A DNA stretch of 64,000 bases, from assembly GCA_964452465.1 (NCBI GenBank), contig CAYVMD010000003.1, positions 509-64,508 of the forward strand, read 5' to 3'. The position numbers and the translations under genes are program-made. Shown here one piece after another: positions 38,881-50,200 of this stretch. Position 1 is the stretch's first letter. Every line of letters starts with the position of its first letter. The stretch comes from an uncultured bacterium (lineage in GTDB: Bacteria > Armatimonadota > JACIXR01). The notes below the pieces were generated by a model that worked only from the letters and a program-made list of their open reading frames with translations, ran no database searches and was not told the origin of the DNA.

Positions 38881-40791
38881 ATGCTTGTAATACTCTTCAT
38901 CCTCTTAGGGGTAGCGATATTAGGAATCCTCTCGCCTTATATAGAGATAACCATTTGGGGGACGCAAATAGGCTCCATAACCCCTCCTCCTGGTCCCCTT
39001 GTCCTCCTTTTCTTCATAGTACTTTTTCTAAACCCCCTTCTGAGGCGCCTCTCCCATCGGGAGATCCCTCGCCGGCACGCCCTACTCCTCTACGCTGTCC
39101 TTCTTTTGGTGGCTGTCCTTCCTTCCTGCCAGTTCGCCCAATGGCTTCCTTCCGTGGTCACCGGTCCTTTTTACTTCGGCACCCCTGAGAACAAGTGGCT
39201 CAGTTTGACGAAGTATACCCCTAAATGGTGGATCCCCCGCAACAAGGAGGTCATTGCTTGGTTCTACGAGGGGCTTCCTCCCGGAAAACACATCCCTTGG
39301 TCGGAATGGGCACGCCCCTTCCTTGCCTTTAGCCCCATGGTTTTAGCCTTCTATTTCACCTTCCTCTGCCTATCCTTTCTCCTTCAAAAGCATTGGATAG
39401 AAAACGAGAAGTTATCCTTCCCCCTCGTCCAACTTCCCCTGGAGATAACCAGCGAAGGAGTGGCGCTGTTCAAAAATCGCCTCCTCTGGCTGGGAGCCCT
39501 CATTCCCATAACCGTTCACTTCGTAAACGGTCTGAGCTATCGCTTTCCCTTTATACCCTCTATTCCCCTGAGGGGGATCCAGTTGGGCGTTTATTTCCCC
39601 AATAGACCTTGGAATGCGATAAACCCCTTCTTCATAGATATCCATTTCTGCCTTATCGGCTTCGCCTTCCTCGCAAGCAGGGATGTCCCTTTCAGCATCT
39701 GGTTCTTCTTCCTTCTTTTCAAACTGGAGTCCGTGATAGGGGCTTCCTTGGGATGGACGCCGGGATGGGAGGATAGGAGCCTGCGTAGTACCTCCTTCCC
39801 CTATATCGAGGCGCAGGCGGTGGGAGGGATGCTCGCCCTGGTAGGGATGGGTTTGTGGGGAGCGCGCAGGCATTTGAAAGAGGTTTGGAGGATAACCTGG
39901 GGCGCTGGGAGAGATAAATCGGACGAGGACAAAGGGCTCTATCGCCTTTCCTTCCTGGGATTGTTCCTGGGTTTTGGTTTTCTCTCCCTATGGGGCTTAT
40001 ACGCTGGGCTTTCCCCTTGGCTTTCCTTCCTCGTTTTTTCCCTTTCTATTCTATTCGCCCTTGGTGTCCATAGGATGATGGCGGAGGGAGGAGTGAACTT
40101 CCTCTGGGCAGCCCAGAGCAGTACCAATTATCTGATATTCGCTCTGGAGGGAGGACGCATACTCTCGGCAAGGGAATGGTTGGTCCTCCTCTCTTTACCT
40201 TACTTCGTCTGGCATTTTAAAGGACCTGTAGGACCGCAGAGCTTCGAAGCATTCAAAATAAGCCATGAAGCTAAATTGGACAAAAGGAAGCTCTTCTACC
40301 TCTTCCCCCTTTGTGCTTTGCTCGCCATGTCCATCGGCTACTTCTATGTCATCTACATCACTCACACCAAGGGGGGAGGGGTAGCCCTATGCGGTTATCG
40401 CTTTGTCCATGTGGGGCAAAGACCCTTCACGGAGCTCGTCTCCGTTACCGATCACCCGGAAAAGATATCCTTCATTCGCATCTTGACCATGTTCATATCC
40501 TTCGGTTTCACCATCTTGCTCTTCGTAATGCGCTGGAACTACCTCTGGTGGCGCTTCCATCCTATCGGCTATGTTACAAGCACGATCTGGGCAACGCACT
40601 ATATGTGGTTCTCCCTTCTTTTGGGTTCCTTCTTTAACTTCATCATAACGAAAGTGGGAGGTCTTAAGCTCTATCGGAAGGCGAGGCTCTTCTTCCTGGG
40701 CTTCATATTGGGCGATTTCATCATGCTCGGTTTCTGGCTCTTAGTGGATGCGATAGTAGGCACTCGAGGCTTTCGCCTCTTCGGCAATTAG
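38881..40791 (+). CDS. Polytopic membrane protein, DUF6785/DUF6784-like (putative transporter)
   Basis: About 15+ hydrophobic segments; motifs PWSEWARP, W...EKLSFPL.QLP, WWRFHPIGY, F.GFILG recalled for this family. Confidence 0.65.
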   Translation: MLVILFILLGVAILGILSPYIEITIWGTQIGSITPPPGPLVLLFFIVLFLNPLLRRLSHREIPRRHALLLYAVLLLVAVLPSCQFAQWLPSVVTGPFYFGTPENKWLSLTKYTPKWWIPRNKEVIAWFYEGLPPGKHIPWSEWARPFLAFSPMVLAFYFTFLCLSFLLQKHWIENEKLSFPLVQLPLEITSEGVALFKNRLLWLGALIPITVHFVNGLSYRFPFIPSIPLRGIQLGVYFPNRPWNAINPFFIDIHFCLIGFAFLASRDVPFSIWFFFLLFKLESVIGASLGWTPGWEDRSLRSTSFPYIEAQAVGGMLALVGMGLWGARRHLKEVWRITWGAGRDKSDEDKGLYRLSFLGLFLGFGFLSLWGLYAGLSPWLSFLVFSLSILFALGVHRMMAEGGVNFLWAAQSSTNYLIFALEGGRILSAREWLVLLSLPYFVWHFKGPVGPQSFEAFKISHEAKLDKRKLFYLFPLCALLAMSIGYFYVIYITHTKGGGVALCGYRFVHVGQRPFTELVSVTDHPEKISFIRILTMFISFGFTILLFVMRWNYLWWRFHPIGYVTSTIWATHYMWFSLLLGSFFNFIITKVGGLKLYRKARLFFLGFILGDFIMLGFWLLVDAIVGTRGFRLFGN

Positions 40792-40795
40792 GCTT

Positions 40796-41914
40796 TCAAA
40801 TGCGGTAATATTCCCTGTAGCCCTCTAAATAAGCCATGAAGTTATCTGGTTTGACGCCGCGGTGGATAACATTGCTCGTCATCAAGATGTGTCGTTTTCC
40901 TCCTCCCTCATCGAGGCATCTTTTCACCGCCTCTTTGACTTCCTCCGGTTTTCCCTGCGTTAGGAGCCATCGGCAATCCACATTCCCCACTAAAGTTATC
41001 CTATCCCCAAACCGTTCCTTAAGAAGAGGGATCTCCATTCCCGCTGCCTTATCTATCTCCTCATAGCCGTCCACATTCGTCCTGAGGAGAAAATCATCTA
41101 TTATCGGCCAGAGATTCCCATCGGAGGCGTGGATTACCAAGGCTCCCAGGGAATGAAGGTAATCGGAGAGCATCCGCACATAGGGCATAAGCACTTCGCG
41201 ATAACTCGCAGGAGAAATCAAGGGTCCTTTATCGCTCGCCAAATCGCCCCCTATTCCTATCACATCCACCCCTTCCTCTATCAATCGCTTCCCCACATCC
41301 ATAGCCCAGAGGGCTTGCCGTTCGTAGTAGCGGGCGAGGAGGGAAGGCTCCGATACGAACCACTCTAACATAAAGGGAGGAAGGGCAGCGACTGGGAAAG
41401 TGTAGAGGCTACACATTATCGCCAGATCCAGATTCTTCTTCTTCAATTTCTCCTTTGCTCTTCGGATGAACTCGAACTGATCCTCCGAAAATTGGGGCGG
41501 TTGATAATCCTGTTCCAGCCACCTTCGCATGTTATCCTCCTCATCTACCTTCTCCTTGGGGATATACCTATGCATATCCGATTCCGGCAGATATTCTATG
41601 ATGAAATTTCTCGTTTCCCAGAGGTAATCGGCAAGCCGGCGGGGGCGCTCGAAATCCTTGGGGATATTCATCCCCAGCCTTATCATGTCGAATCCACAGA
41701 ATTCTGCAACCTTCACCACATCCTCCGCCATTTCCTCTATCAAGGCATCCCACTCACCTCTCTCCAGGAACTCCATCTGATAGAAGAAGTCGTCCACTGC
41801 CGAAGGCTTCCCCAATATTAGGCGCACGCTGGGGGATTTCACTTCCCTCTCAAATATCGGCGTCCTATCGGGCTGTCCTTTGAAGGCGGATATTACCCTT
41901 TCCCGGGGCGTCAT
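40796..41914 (-). CDS. Uroporphyrinogen decarboxylase/MtaA-CmuA-like family protein
   Basis: MTPRERV...PDRTP N-terminus, GDLASDKGPLISP, HASDGN, LVGNVD, ILMTSNVIH. Confidence 0.8.
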   Translation of the reverse strand: MTPRERVISAFKGQPDRTPIFEREVKSPSVRLILGKPSAVDDFFYQMEFLERGEWDALIEEMAEDVVKVAEFCGFDMIRLGMNIPKDFERPRRLADYLWETRNFIIEYLPESDMHRYIPKEKVDEEDNMRRWLEQDYQPPQFSEDQFEFIRRAKEKLKKKNLDLAIMCSLYTFPVAALPPFMLEWFVSEPSLLARYYERQALWAMDVGKRLIEEGVDVIGIGGDLASDKGPLISPASYREVLMPYVRMLSDYLHSLGALVIHASDGNLWPIIDDFLLRTNVDGYEEIDKAAGMEIPLLKERFGDRITLVGNVDCRWLLTQGKPEEVKEAVKRCLDEGGGKRHILMTSNVIHRGVKPDNFMAYLEGYREYYRI

Positions 41915-43380
41915 TAGAGAGGAGGTCTCAAGGGCAGGGAGGGATTGCTCTCCTCATAGGCAAGGGCGAGGCGGAATAGGGTGGTTTCCTGGAAGGGTCT
42001 GCCCATGAGTTGTACACCTATGGGCAAGCCTTGGGAATCCAACCCACAGGGCAGAGAGATGGCAGGGATGCCCGCGAGGTTGATGGGAATGGTGCAGATG
42101 TCCGCCATGTACATCTTCAGGGGATCGTCCATCTTCTCCCCGATCTTAAAGGCGGTGGTAGGGGAAGTGGGGGAGAGTAATATGTCGAAGCGTTCGAACG
42201 CCTCGTCGAAATCCTTCTTTATCAGGGAGCGGACCTTCAAAGCCTTGAGGTAATAAGCGTCATAGTAGCCGGCGGAGAGGGCATAGGTGCCAAGCATTAT
42301 CCGCCTTTTCACCTCGGGACCGAAGCCTTGCCTTCGCGTCTCCATATACATGGGAATTACCCCCATTTCCTCTACCCTTAACCCATACTTAACGCCATCG
42401 TATCTCGCCAAATTGGAGGAAGCCTCAGCGGGAGCGATGAGATAATAGCAGGGAAGGGCATAGGATATGTGTGGGAGGGAAACCCATTCCACATGAACTC
42501 CCAAGCCCTCCAAAACCCTTGCGGACTCCAGCACCTTTTCTCTCACTTCTTCGTCTATTCCCTCCTCGAAAAGCTCCTTTATTAACCCCACTTTATACCC
42601 CTTAACCTCAGGCTTAAGCATTTCCTCCAGGGAAGGGGGAGGGAGGGGAACGGAAGTAGAGTCCCTTTTATCGTAGCGGGCGATGACCGAGAAAAGGAGG
42701 GCACAATCTCTCACATTATGAGCTAGAGGACCGATCTGATCCAAACTGGAGGCGAAGGCAACCAACCCGTAGCGGGAGACCCCGCCGTAGGTGGGCTTTA
42801 GCCCCACTATCCCGCAGAAGGAGGCAGGTTGTCTTATGGAGCCACCCGTATCGGAACCCAAAGCGATGGGTGCCTCCCGTGCTGCCACCCCTGCTGCCGA
42901 GCCTCCCGAAGATCCCCCTGGTACCCTTTCTAAATCGAAGGGGTTGTGGGTGGGGAAGAAGGCGGAGTTCTCCGTGGAGGAGCCCATCGCGAATTCATCC
43001 ATGTTGGTCTTTCCCAGGGTGATCGCTCCTTCTTCCCGCAGTATCTCCACCACGGTAGCATCGTAGGGAGGGACGAAGTTCTCCAATATGCGAGAGGCAC
43101 AGGTCGTCCTGATGCCCTTCGTGCAGATGTTATCCTTGATGGCAATAGGAACGCCCGTAAGCGCCCCCGTCTCTTCGCCCTTTTGGATCTTTTCTTCCAA
43201 TTGCTTTGCTTGGGAGAGGGCGAGGTCGGGGGTGAGGGTGATGAACGCTTTCACCTTTTCCTCTACTTTCTCTATGCGGGAGAAAAAGGCTTCCACCACC
43301 TCCACTGGGCTTATCTCTTTTTCATTAACTTTCTCGGCTATCTCGTTAGCGGGAAGTTCCCATATCTCCATTCTTATCAC
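41914..43380 (-). CDS. gatA: Glutamyl-tRNA(Gln) amidotransferase subunit A
   Basis: [56 protein letters not shown]. Confidence 0.97.
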   Translation of the reverse strand: MIRMEIWELPANEIAEKVNEKEISPVEVVEAFFSRIEKVEEKVKAFITLTPDLALSQAKQLEEKIQKGEETGALTGVPIAIKDNICTKGIRTTCASRILENFVPPYDATVVEILREEGAITLGKTNMDEFAMGSSTENSAFFPTHNPFDLERVPGGSSGGSAAGVAAREAPIALGSDTGGSIRQPASFCGIVGLKPTYGGVSRYGLVAFASSLDQIGPLAHNVRDCALLFSVIARYDKRDSTSVPLPPPSLEEMLKPEVKGYKVGLIKELFEEGIDEEVREKVLESARVLEGLGVHVEWVSLPHISYALPCYYLIAPAEASSNLARYDGVKYGLRVEEMGVIPMYMETRRQGFGPEVKRRIMLGTYALSAGYYDAYYLKALKVRSLIKKDFDEAFERFDILLSPTSPTTAFKIGEKMDDPLKMYMADICTIPINLAGIPAISLPCGLDSQGLPIGVQLMGRPFQETTLFRLALAYEESNPSLPLRPPL

Positions 43381-43670
43381 TCCTCTATTATACGGGGGAC
43401 GACTATATACTCGTCTTCTTTGCTCGGCGTATTTGAAAGCGCTTCCTCTACCGTCAGAGGTTGCCCTACCTCATCCTCGGCGAATACATTTTGGAGAGGA
43501 ACGACATGGGAAAGGGGTTCTACATCCTCGGTGGGCAATTCCTGCAGTTTGGCGAAGGCTTCCAGGATACGATTTAACTGTTCGGTGAACATCTCCTTCT
43601 CCTCTTCGGAGAGGGCAAGACGCGCCAAATAGGCCACATGCTCTACTTCTTCTTTGGTTAACCGTGCCAT
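43377..43670 (-). CDS. gatC: Glutamyl-tRNA(Gln) amidotransferase subunit C
   Basis: [10 protein letters not shown]...VEPLSH...VVPRI; overlaps the gatA start. Confidence 0.95.
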   Translation of the reverse strand: MARLTKEEVEHVAYLARLALSEEEKEMFTEQLNRILEAFAKLQELPTEDVEPLSHVVPLQNVFAEDEVGQPLTVEEALSNTPSKEDEYIVVPRIIEE

Positions 43671-43706
43671 GCTTCACCTCTTGCGTGGCATAAATTTTGC
43701 TTGGGA

Positions 43707-44498
43707 TTAAACAGGTTCGTTACCCAAGTATTTCCTGAACAATTTTATGTTCCTTTCCAACCTTTCGTCCAAGGGAAGGGAAGAGAAATCCTCGAAGGAC
43801 AACCAACCTATATAACCAACATCTTTCAGGCACTTAACAATGAACTCCCAATCCGCGATCCCTTCGTCCACGGGCACGAACTCGAACTCCCACTTGCCAT
43901 TTCTCTTGAACCATCCCGTGTTTTTGACATGGATATGGGCTAAGTGCTCTCCCAATATCTCCAGCCCCATCTTCCAAGCCTCCAAGCCCTCGACTATCAT
44001 GTTCCCGGGATCGAATATCACCCCGATATATTGTGGGTCGAAATCCTCCACTATCTTCTTAGCCAAACTGGGGCTGGAGGCGATGTTCCCCATGTGGATC
44101 TCGATTACCGCTTTGGTCTTAGCCTCCCTCGCCATTCTCTCCACCCTTTGGAGGTTCTTCTGCGTTTCCTCCAGAAGTCTTTGATAAGGCACATTGCCAG
44201 TGTAGGAGGGTACCGCTACCCTTACGCAAGGCACATTGTGCTTGCCCGCTGACCTCAGGATTTTCTCCACCAAGGGGTGGTCAACGGAAAGGTAAGGGGC
44301 GAGGGCACATATTTCTATCCCTTCCGACTCGCAGAGCTTTCTTGCCTCCGCAAGGTCCTCCTCTATGCTTTCTGGGGAGAGGTGAAACTCTGGGTGGACC
44401 CTCCATTCCACCCCATCGTAGCCGAAGTTCTTCAACTTTAGGATTACTTCTTCTCGCGATATCGGACCCATCATTACAGTGAAAACGCTCAATTTCAT
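43707..44498 (-). CDS. Sugar phosphate isomerase/epimerase (xylose isomerase-like TIM barrel)
   Basis: GYDGVEW, IEIH, FDPGN, HIHVKN, GWLSFED metal-ligand pattern. Confidence 0.85.
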   Translation of the reverse strand: MKLSVFTVMMGPISREEVILKLKNFGYDGVEWRVHPEFHLSPESIEEDLAEARKLCESEGIEICALAPYLSVDHPLVEKILRSAGKHNVPCVRVAVPSYTGNVPYQRLLEETQKNLQRVERMAREAKTKAVIEIHMGNIASSPSLAKKIVEDFDPQYIGVIFDPGNMIVEGLEAWKMGLEILGEHLAHIHVKNTGWFKRNGKWEFEFVPVDEGIADWEFIVKCLKDVGYIGWLSFEDFSSLPLDERLERNIKLFRKYLGNEPV

Positions 44499-44527
44499 CT
44501 TCTCTCACCTCTTGGGAGGATTTGTTG

Positions 44528-44556
44528 ATTTTACCTCAAACCCTTTTCTTTTTCAA
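44528..44556 (-). promoter_or_regulatory. Putative sigma70 promoter for the isomerase-gatCA-UROD unit
   Basis: Minus strand TTGAAA-N17-TAAAAT immediately after the upstream gene's stop. Confidence 0.6.
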
Positions 44557-44559
44557 TCT

Positions 44560-47223
44560 CTATTTGCCCAGGGCGTCCTTGGGGACCAATAATTCGGCTG
44601 GGTGGCGGGAAAGGTAGGGAGGTATATCGTATAATTCCACAACGCACCGTAAACTGGAAAGTTTCAAACTCCAAATTTGTCCATCCTTCCCCTTGGGGAC
44701 GATGACCACCCGTTCAGTGCTGGGGAGAATAGCGTGTTTTCCCATCTCCGAGGCTTCCCTATAGGTCCTTATATCCTCCTCCACGATCACCGAGACCTGA
44801 TCGCCCGAAAGAAGCCTTTCCCTCACCACCGTCGTACCATCAGCGGTCTGAATGCACAAATCGGTCCAGGGCCAACCCCCATCCACTATTCCTACGACGA
44901 AATGCTTTGTTCCCTTGGGGACGAAGAAATACAAGGGTTCATTGCGGGGAAGCCATAGTCGAAGGGAAGGGCGCTGGGGTTTCCCCGGTTCATCTCCCCT
45001 CCCAGCCCAAACGGATAGGGGACGAACACTCATCTCTATTTCGCCCGCCTTCCAATAATCGGTTCCTGGCTCGAACTCGTATATCCCATCAGCAGGCAGT
45101 TTGATATCCAACGTTACAGGCTTTCCCTTCTCCCCTTGCACCTTCCCCTCCGCTATGGGGAATTTATCTCCCGTTTTCCTCAACTTCCAGGCGCAATCCA
45201 TAGTGTGCCCCTGGTCGAAGGGTATATAGGTTATCCTTAAGACCTCCCCCTTCCTCCCTTGGAAATAGTGAAGACCGGATTCCACGAAGAGGGGCGAACG
45301 CTCCACTTGCCCCCATTCAGCGATCAACTCGGGACGATGCTCCGCGATGGGCACGAGTTCCCCTTTATACTCCTTTCCCTCTATCTCCACCGCTACCAAG
45401 GAGGCGAAGTGCTCGATGTCCTCTTTTAACAGTTTCTCTACCTCCTCATCGGAGGGGATATCCAACCTCTCGTTCCTCCAAGCCTCTATCTCCTTCCAAT
45501 CCAGCCCTTTGATCTTTCTCAAAGCGGAAAACCTCTGCTCAAACCATTCCGAAAAGAGGAGAGGAAAGGTATGGATTAAGCCGGTATCCATAATTCGGCG
45601 GGAGAATACTATGAAATCGTGGGCGCGTGTTATTATCTCCTCGGGTGGGTTTACCAAATTCCCCCATTCGTCCCAGCGGGCGGAATGCTCGTAATCCAGC
45701 CAGAGGCGTAAGTAATGAAGGTACATAGCTAACTGGTTCAGGCGCTTCCTCACACCAGGGTCGTTTTCGTTGTTGTATGCCTCTTGCAGATCCAGGAGGG
45801 CTAACTTCAATTGGCGAGGAGAGAAGCGTTCCCCCTTTGCCCAGCGCTCATATATCTTGCTCACATAGGGAGCTCCCCTGCCAAATGCTTTCTGGCAGAA
45901 GTCTCGGAAGAGATCCCTCGGATCGAGGTGGGGATTCCACATCAATTTGGATGCCATCCAATAGCCGAAGCCATTAGGACCCCAATTGCAGGAGGACTCC
46001 GCGGTAAGACTGACGAAGCCGAGTCGGTGATAGCGTTTGATATCCTCCGCCAACTCGTAAAAACGCCCCGCTTTCGCGGAGCCGGGGAGGTCCCAATCCC
46101 AAGGAAAGACGCTGAAATAATCGTAAACGCCCAATGTCGCCCTCCGCTCCCGGAATTTCCTTACCTGCTCCTCAAAGGATAAGGAAGTGTAGCGAAAGCC
46201 GGTGGTTATCTCCACATAAACGCCCGGCTCCAGGTTGAAGCGAGGAGGCTCGCTATGAAAAGCGTAAGCGTATAGCCCCACCCATTTGTCGGGGAATTCC
46301 TTCCTCACCGCTTTTGCTACTATGTTGGCGAGGTAAAACACCTGATCGCTTACGGAGCCGAGGGCACGGCATTTCTCGCATTCGCAATATCCGCCTCCGT
46401 CGTTGGGCTCTATGGAAAGCATCGCTCTTTGGGGCTCCTGACGAAAGATAGCGAGGATCTTTTCTATCAAAAACCTTTGCATCTCGGGATTGGTGACGCA
46501 AAGTTGGGTGGGTTGACGTTTACCGTTCACGAGGGAGAACCACTCCGGGTGTTCTGAGAATAGGGAGGAGGGGATATAGCGTTCGTAAGCGTGTCCGCAA
46601 TCCACCGGGAAGGAACCTCCCAACCTGTTATGCTTCACCCATTCTTCGTAATTCTGCCTTAGGGTGGGGGTGGGTGCCCCCCATTCATACCAGATGTTGC
46701 GCCATTTGAAGGCGGGTTTCTCCCGTAGATCAACATTGATCCTCAAATCCCTTTTCCTTGGTATGATCGTCCAGGCGGGATCGGGGAAGAACCATCGACA
46801 GCCCATCGCCTCGAGCAGGGCGAAGACCGCATGCTGAACTCCCTGGGGCGTATTGCCCAAAATGAGGAGGTTCTCCCCTTTAACCTTGACAACGAATCCT
46901 TCTTCCCCCAACTCGCTGAGGCGCTCCGCTTTAGCCTCGGTGGGCATCTCCCTTTGAGTGGCAAGTACTATTCCCCGTTTCCCTTTCGCCCAAATCCCTA
47001 TCGGCACCTCCTGCCCTGTTATCTCCTTGAGGTAAAACTGGAGATCCTTCGCAGTGGGGTAAAGAGTATCCCAGCCCGCTTGGGGGATGAGTAGCTCGCA
47101 GCGAGGTTTACCTTCCTCCACTATGGTGAAGGACTTTCCCTGGGGAAGGCAGGTCGCGGCTATCAAAAGGAGGGGAAGCAGTATGAGTCCCTCCCACATG
47201 CTATTTCCATGGGGAGTTTTCAT
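44560..47223 (-). CDS. Large secreted DUF4838-like protein (putative glycan-active)
   Basis: Start reassigned to ATG 47223 (or 47199); signal peptide; LLILGNTPQGVQHAVFALLE..GCRWF, QLCVTNP, PNDGGGYCECEKC, YAY, WNP motifs. Confidence 0.7.
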   Translation of the reverse strand: MKTPHGNSMWEGLILLPLLLIAATCLPQGKSFTIVEEGKPRCELLIPQAGWDTLYPTAKDLQFYLKEITGQEVPIGIWAKGKRGIVLATQREMPTEAKAERLSELGEEGFVVKVKGENLLILGNTPQGVQHAVFALLEAMGCRWFFPDPAWTIIPRKRDLRINVDLREKPAFKWRNIWYEWGAPTPTLRQNYEEWVKHNRLGGSFPVDCGHAYERYIPSSLFSEHPEWFSLVNGKRQPTQLCVTNPEMQRFLIEKILAIFRQEPQRAMLSIEPNDGGGYCECEKCRALGSVSDQVFYLANIVAKAVRKEFPDKWVGLYAYAFHSEPPRFNLEPGVYVEITTGFRYTSLSFEEQVRKFRERRATLGVYDYFSVFPWDWDLPGSAKAGRFYELAEDIKRYHRLGFVSLTAESSCNWGPNGFGYWMASKLMWNPHLDPRDLFRDFCQKAFGRGAPYVSKIYERWAKGERFSPRQLKLALLDLQEAYNNENDPGVRKRLNQLAMYLHYLRLWLDYEHSARWDEWGNLVNPPEEIITRAHDFIVFSRRIMDTGLIHTFPLLFSEWFEQRFSALRKIKGLDWKEIEAWRNERLDIPSDEEVEKLLKEDIEHFASLVAVEIEGKEYKGELVPIAEHRPELIAEWGQVERSPLFVESGLHYFQGRKGEVLRITYIPFDQGHTMDCAWKLRKTGDKFPIAEGKVQGEKGKPVTLDIKLPADGIYEFEPGTDYWKAGEIEMSVRPLSVWAGRGDEPGKPQRPSLRLWLPRNEPLYFFVPKGTKHFVVGIVDGGWPWTDLCIQTADGTTVVRERLLSGDQVSVIVEEDIRTYREASEMGKHAILPSTERVVIVPKGKDGQIWSLKLSSLRCVVELYDIPPYLSRHPAELLVPKDALGK

Positions 47224-47243
47224 CGTTCTCACCCCTTTCATCC

Positions 47244-50200
47244 TTAGAGGTTGACCACGGTGATCTCCTCGATGTAGTTGGGAGCGGAGGCGAGCCAAAG
47301 GCGCAGGTGGGTCAGACCTTCTGGTAAGTCTATCGTCGAGAACACTTCTCCCCTGGAGGGAAGCGAAATGCATTGCCTTTTGCCAAGAGCGTTTCCCAGG
47401 CACAACTTCCGAGATAAAGAAGGAGAGGTGTTGAACGCTATGGGCAAGGTGATCCTGCCATTTTCCACCAGCAGGGTGGGGGCGAAGACCTTCATCGGCT
47501 TGGGGATGGAGTAGGAGAGGTAAAGGATCATCGCTTTTCCCTCGTAACTTATCGGCACCGTGACCTTGTGTTCCCCGACTTCCCCGGGGACCTTCATCTC
47601 ATATCGTACCTCCTCTTGGGGAGGGAGATTTAGTCGCTTCCCTCCGATCTCCGCTACTTTTTCCTCCTTCCCTTTATTGAGGAGCACCAATTCCACCTTA
47701 TCCTCCCCGAAAAAGCAGGGCACTTCTATTCTCCTAAGCACGACATATCCCTTTTGCCAACTCCCTATCCCAAAGCGGGAAGGATTATGGTAATAGCCAT
47801 AAGTTGTGGACCATGTCCAGTGGCTCATTCCCCCGCCAAGAGGCTTGTGATTTCGGCAGAGGTTAAGCCTGAATGTCCCTTTCTCGGCAGGAGTTAGGGG
47901 GAAGGGAAGCTCGTGGAAGGGGAGCATCACCTCGCAGGACCATCCATCCTCCCCAGTTGTGGTTGCCGCTTTTATGTTGGGATTCCAAGCCGTGTCGTAA
48001 ACCAACTCATCGTAAATGCTACCTTTCGCATTGATTATGAAATGAGCATAGCGATGGGGCTCCTCTGCGGTTGCTATGAATATCTCCACGCTTTCCTCCT
48101 GCCAGATGTGGTCGTTATCCCTACCCCAGGCGTTCGCCTCCACGGGTTGGGGAGATCGGCAGGAGAAGGCGATGTAGAGATTATTCGCATCGTAGCATAG
48201 CAAGGCGGTGGTCGCTATATCTTTAGGGGAGGGAGTAGCGGTTTGATGTTCGCCGAATTGGTCCAGGATCGTTGCCTCCTTCCAACATTCGTCATCCAAA
48301 TATCCATCTATCTTAGGAGGATGCATAATCTCCGGGATATCCACCGCAGTGAGGCTTTCGCTGGGAGGAAGTTGTGGGGGGAGGATTTTTATCCTCAAAG
48401 TTATCCTTTTGCTTTTCCCCGTTTCAGATGGAATATTGCCCTCCAGTGCTTGGGCTAAGCGTTCCAATAACACAGCCATCGTTCTGCGCACGCTCGCCAA
48501 ATTTCCATTGTTGAACCCTATCTTATCCACCTCGTTGCCCCAGGGCACGCTTTCCTCCAATTGGGTGAATATCTTCTCCGTTTCCTCTGTTATTTGTCTC
48601 AACCTCCTTGCCTTTTCGCTGTCCTTTCCCTCTGCCACTCGTTTGGCATATTCTATCATGCTTTTTAGGGTGTAGGCGTATTTATAGTCGTTTATCCCTT
48701 CTCTCATTGCTTCCCACTGGATGGTGGGTAGCAAGCCGAGGAGGCTGTTATAGTCGTTAGGACGTTCAAAATAGGGATAGACGATGCATTGGTCCTTTGG
48801 CTCTACTGAGTTGGCGTTAACGCCGTCGAAATCGTTGAAGGGATCCTCATGGGGACGGACGAATGTCCAGGAGACCTGTCCATCCGCCTTCGTTTTCCAA
48901 AAGAGCCATCCCGTGAGATAGCGATTGGGGAACATCCTTCCTTCCTGCCCCAGGTAGCATCCACTCCCATACCATAGGAACCTTTGCCCGTTCTCGTCGC
49001 ACTTTCGCCTCGCCCATTCCGCGGATTCCTTATTGTTCACCAACCAGGCGCTGAAGCAGGGAGCGCTCATCCAGTGTCCCGCTACCTCATATGTTGCTCT
49101 TTGGTAGAAGGTGACATAGGTCTTCGCTCCTCCCTCCCACCAGCATTGGTATTGCTGGAGCGCGGATAAGTTATCCGGCCCAGGTTCATCCCAACCGTAG
49201 AAAAGCCAATCCACATGGCAGGATCTCAATGTGCTAACCACCTTCCTCGCCACCCTTCTCACGCCTTCCTTCAGCTCCTCTGGCCATTTCTTATTCAGGT
49301 CCACTGGAAGATTTAAGGCGTTAGCGCAGAGGCTTTCCGCCCAAATACCGATCGTATGAGGACCCTTCATCCCTACTTTTCTCATCAACCGGACGAAACG
49401 CAGGAAGGGGGAGGGATCGTATTCTATATCCTCTATGCTCTTCACCTTCAACTCCCCAAAAGGAAGCTCGGTGAGCCCATCTATCCCATAGGAAGATATC
49501 TCTTTCAGGATGGATAGGACCTTGTCGTCGCTCAACTTGCCCCAAAGCCAACTATCGCTATATAAAAGCCATCTCTTGTCGGGGGGCTTCTTCAAGGAGA
49601 TCGGCAGAACCTTGATCTCCAGGGGGAGCGAGAGCGCGGGTTTCCCTTCGCTTTGCAACTTGAGGAGCGCCTTGTAGGTTTGAGGCTTCGCATTCTCTGG
49701 AATGCGGAGGGTGAACCAAAAAAGCCGGCATTCCCCCTTAGGGATATCTAAGGGACGCTTCTGGAGGGTGCCTCCCTCTGCCGGGAAGGATGTGAATCCC
49801 CCTTCCATCCGCAGGAGGAGCTCAGGGGTGATGTAGTAGGTGCGTCCCCGCCAATCCGTCCGCTGAGCCCAGAAATGAACATATCGCACCTCTATGGGGA
49901 AGGGAGCGGAGAGGGAGATTCGGAATTTCCGCAAAGGTTCCAAGGCGTAGATAGCGCACCAAAGGGAGGTAGCCTCCCCCTTGGTGACGATTGCCTCCAT
50001 CTTCTCCACCCTTTCTTCCTGGCGAGGCTTGCTCCAGGGCTTTATGTCCTGGGGTTCGGGGCGGGTGAAGGGGATGAAGCCGGCTAACTTTTCCGCCTTG
50101 GTGGGCGGGGGAGGGGACCATTCCTCCGCTGTGCGTGGCATTTCTGTGAAGGTGGGACCAGGATCGACCTTCTGATAAACGGTATCGTATATCTTCACCT

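Noticed and set aside
38300-38900. Prophage or island integrated at ssrA
   Set aside because: No integrase, no duplicated 3' end, and housekeeping folP directly abuts it
42946-43632. 228-aa plus-strand ORF opposite gatA/gatC
   Set aside because: Antisense shadow of conserved genes
47224-47403. Extended start of the DUF4838-like ORF
   Set aside because: It overlaps the upstream gene by 160 nt; the RBS and signal peptide support 47223 or 47199
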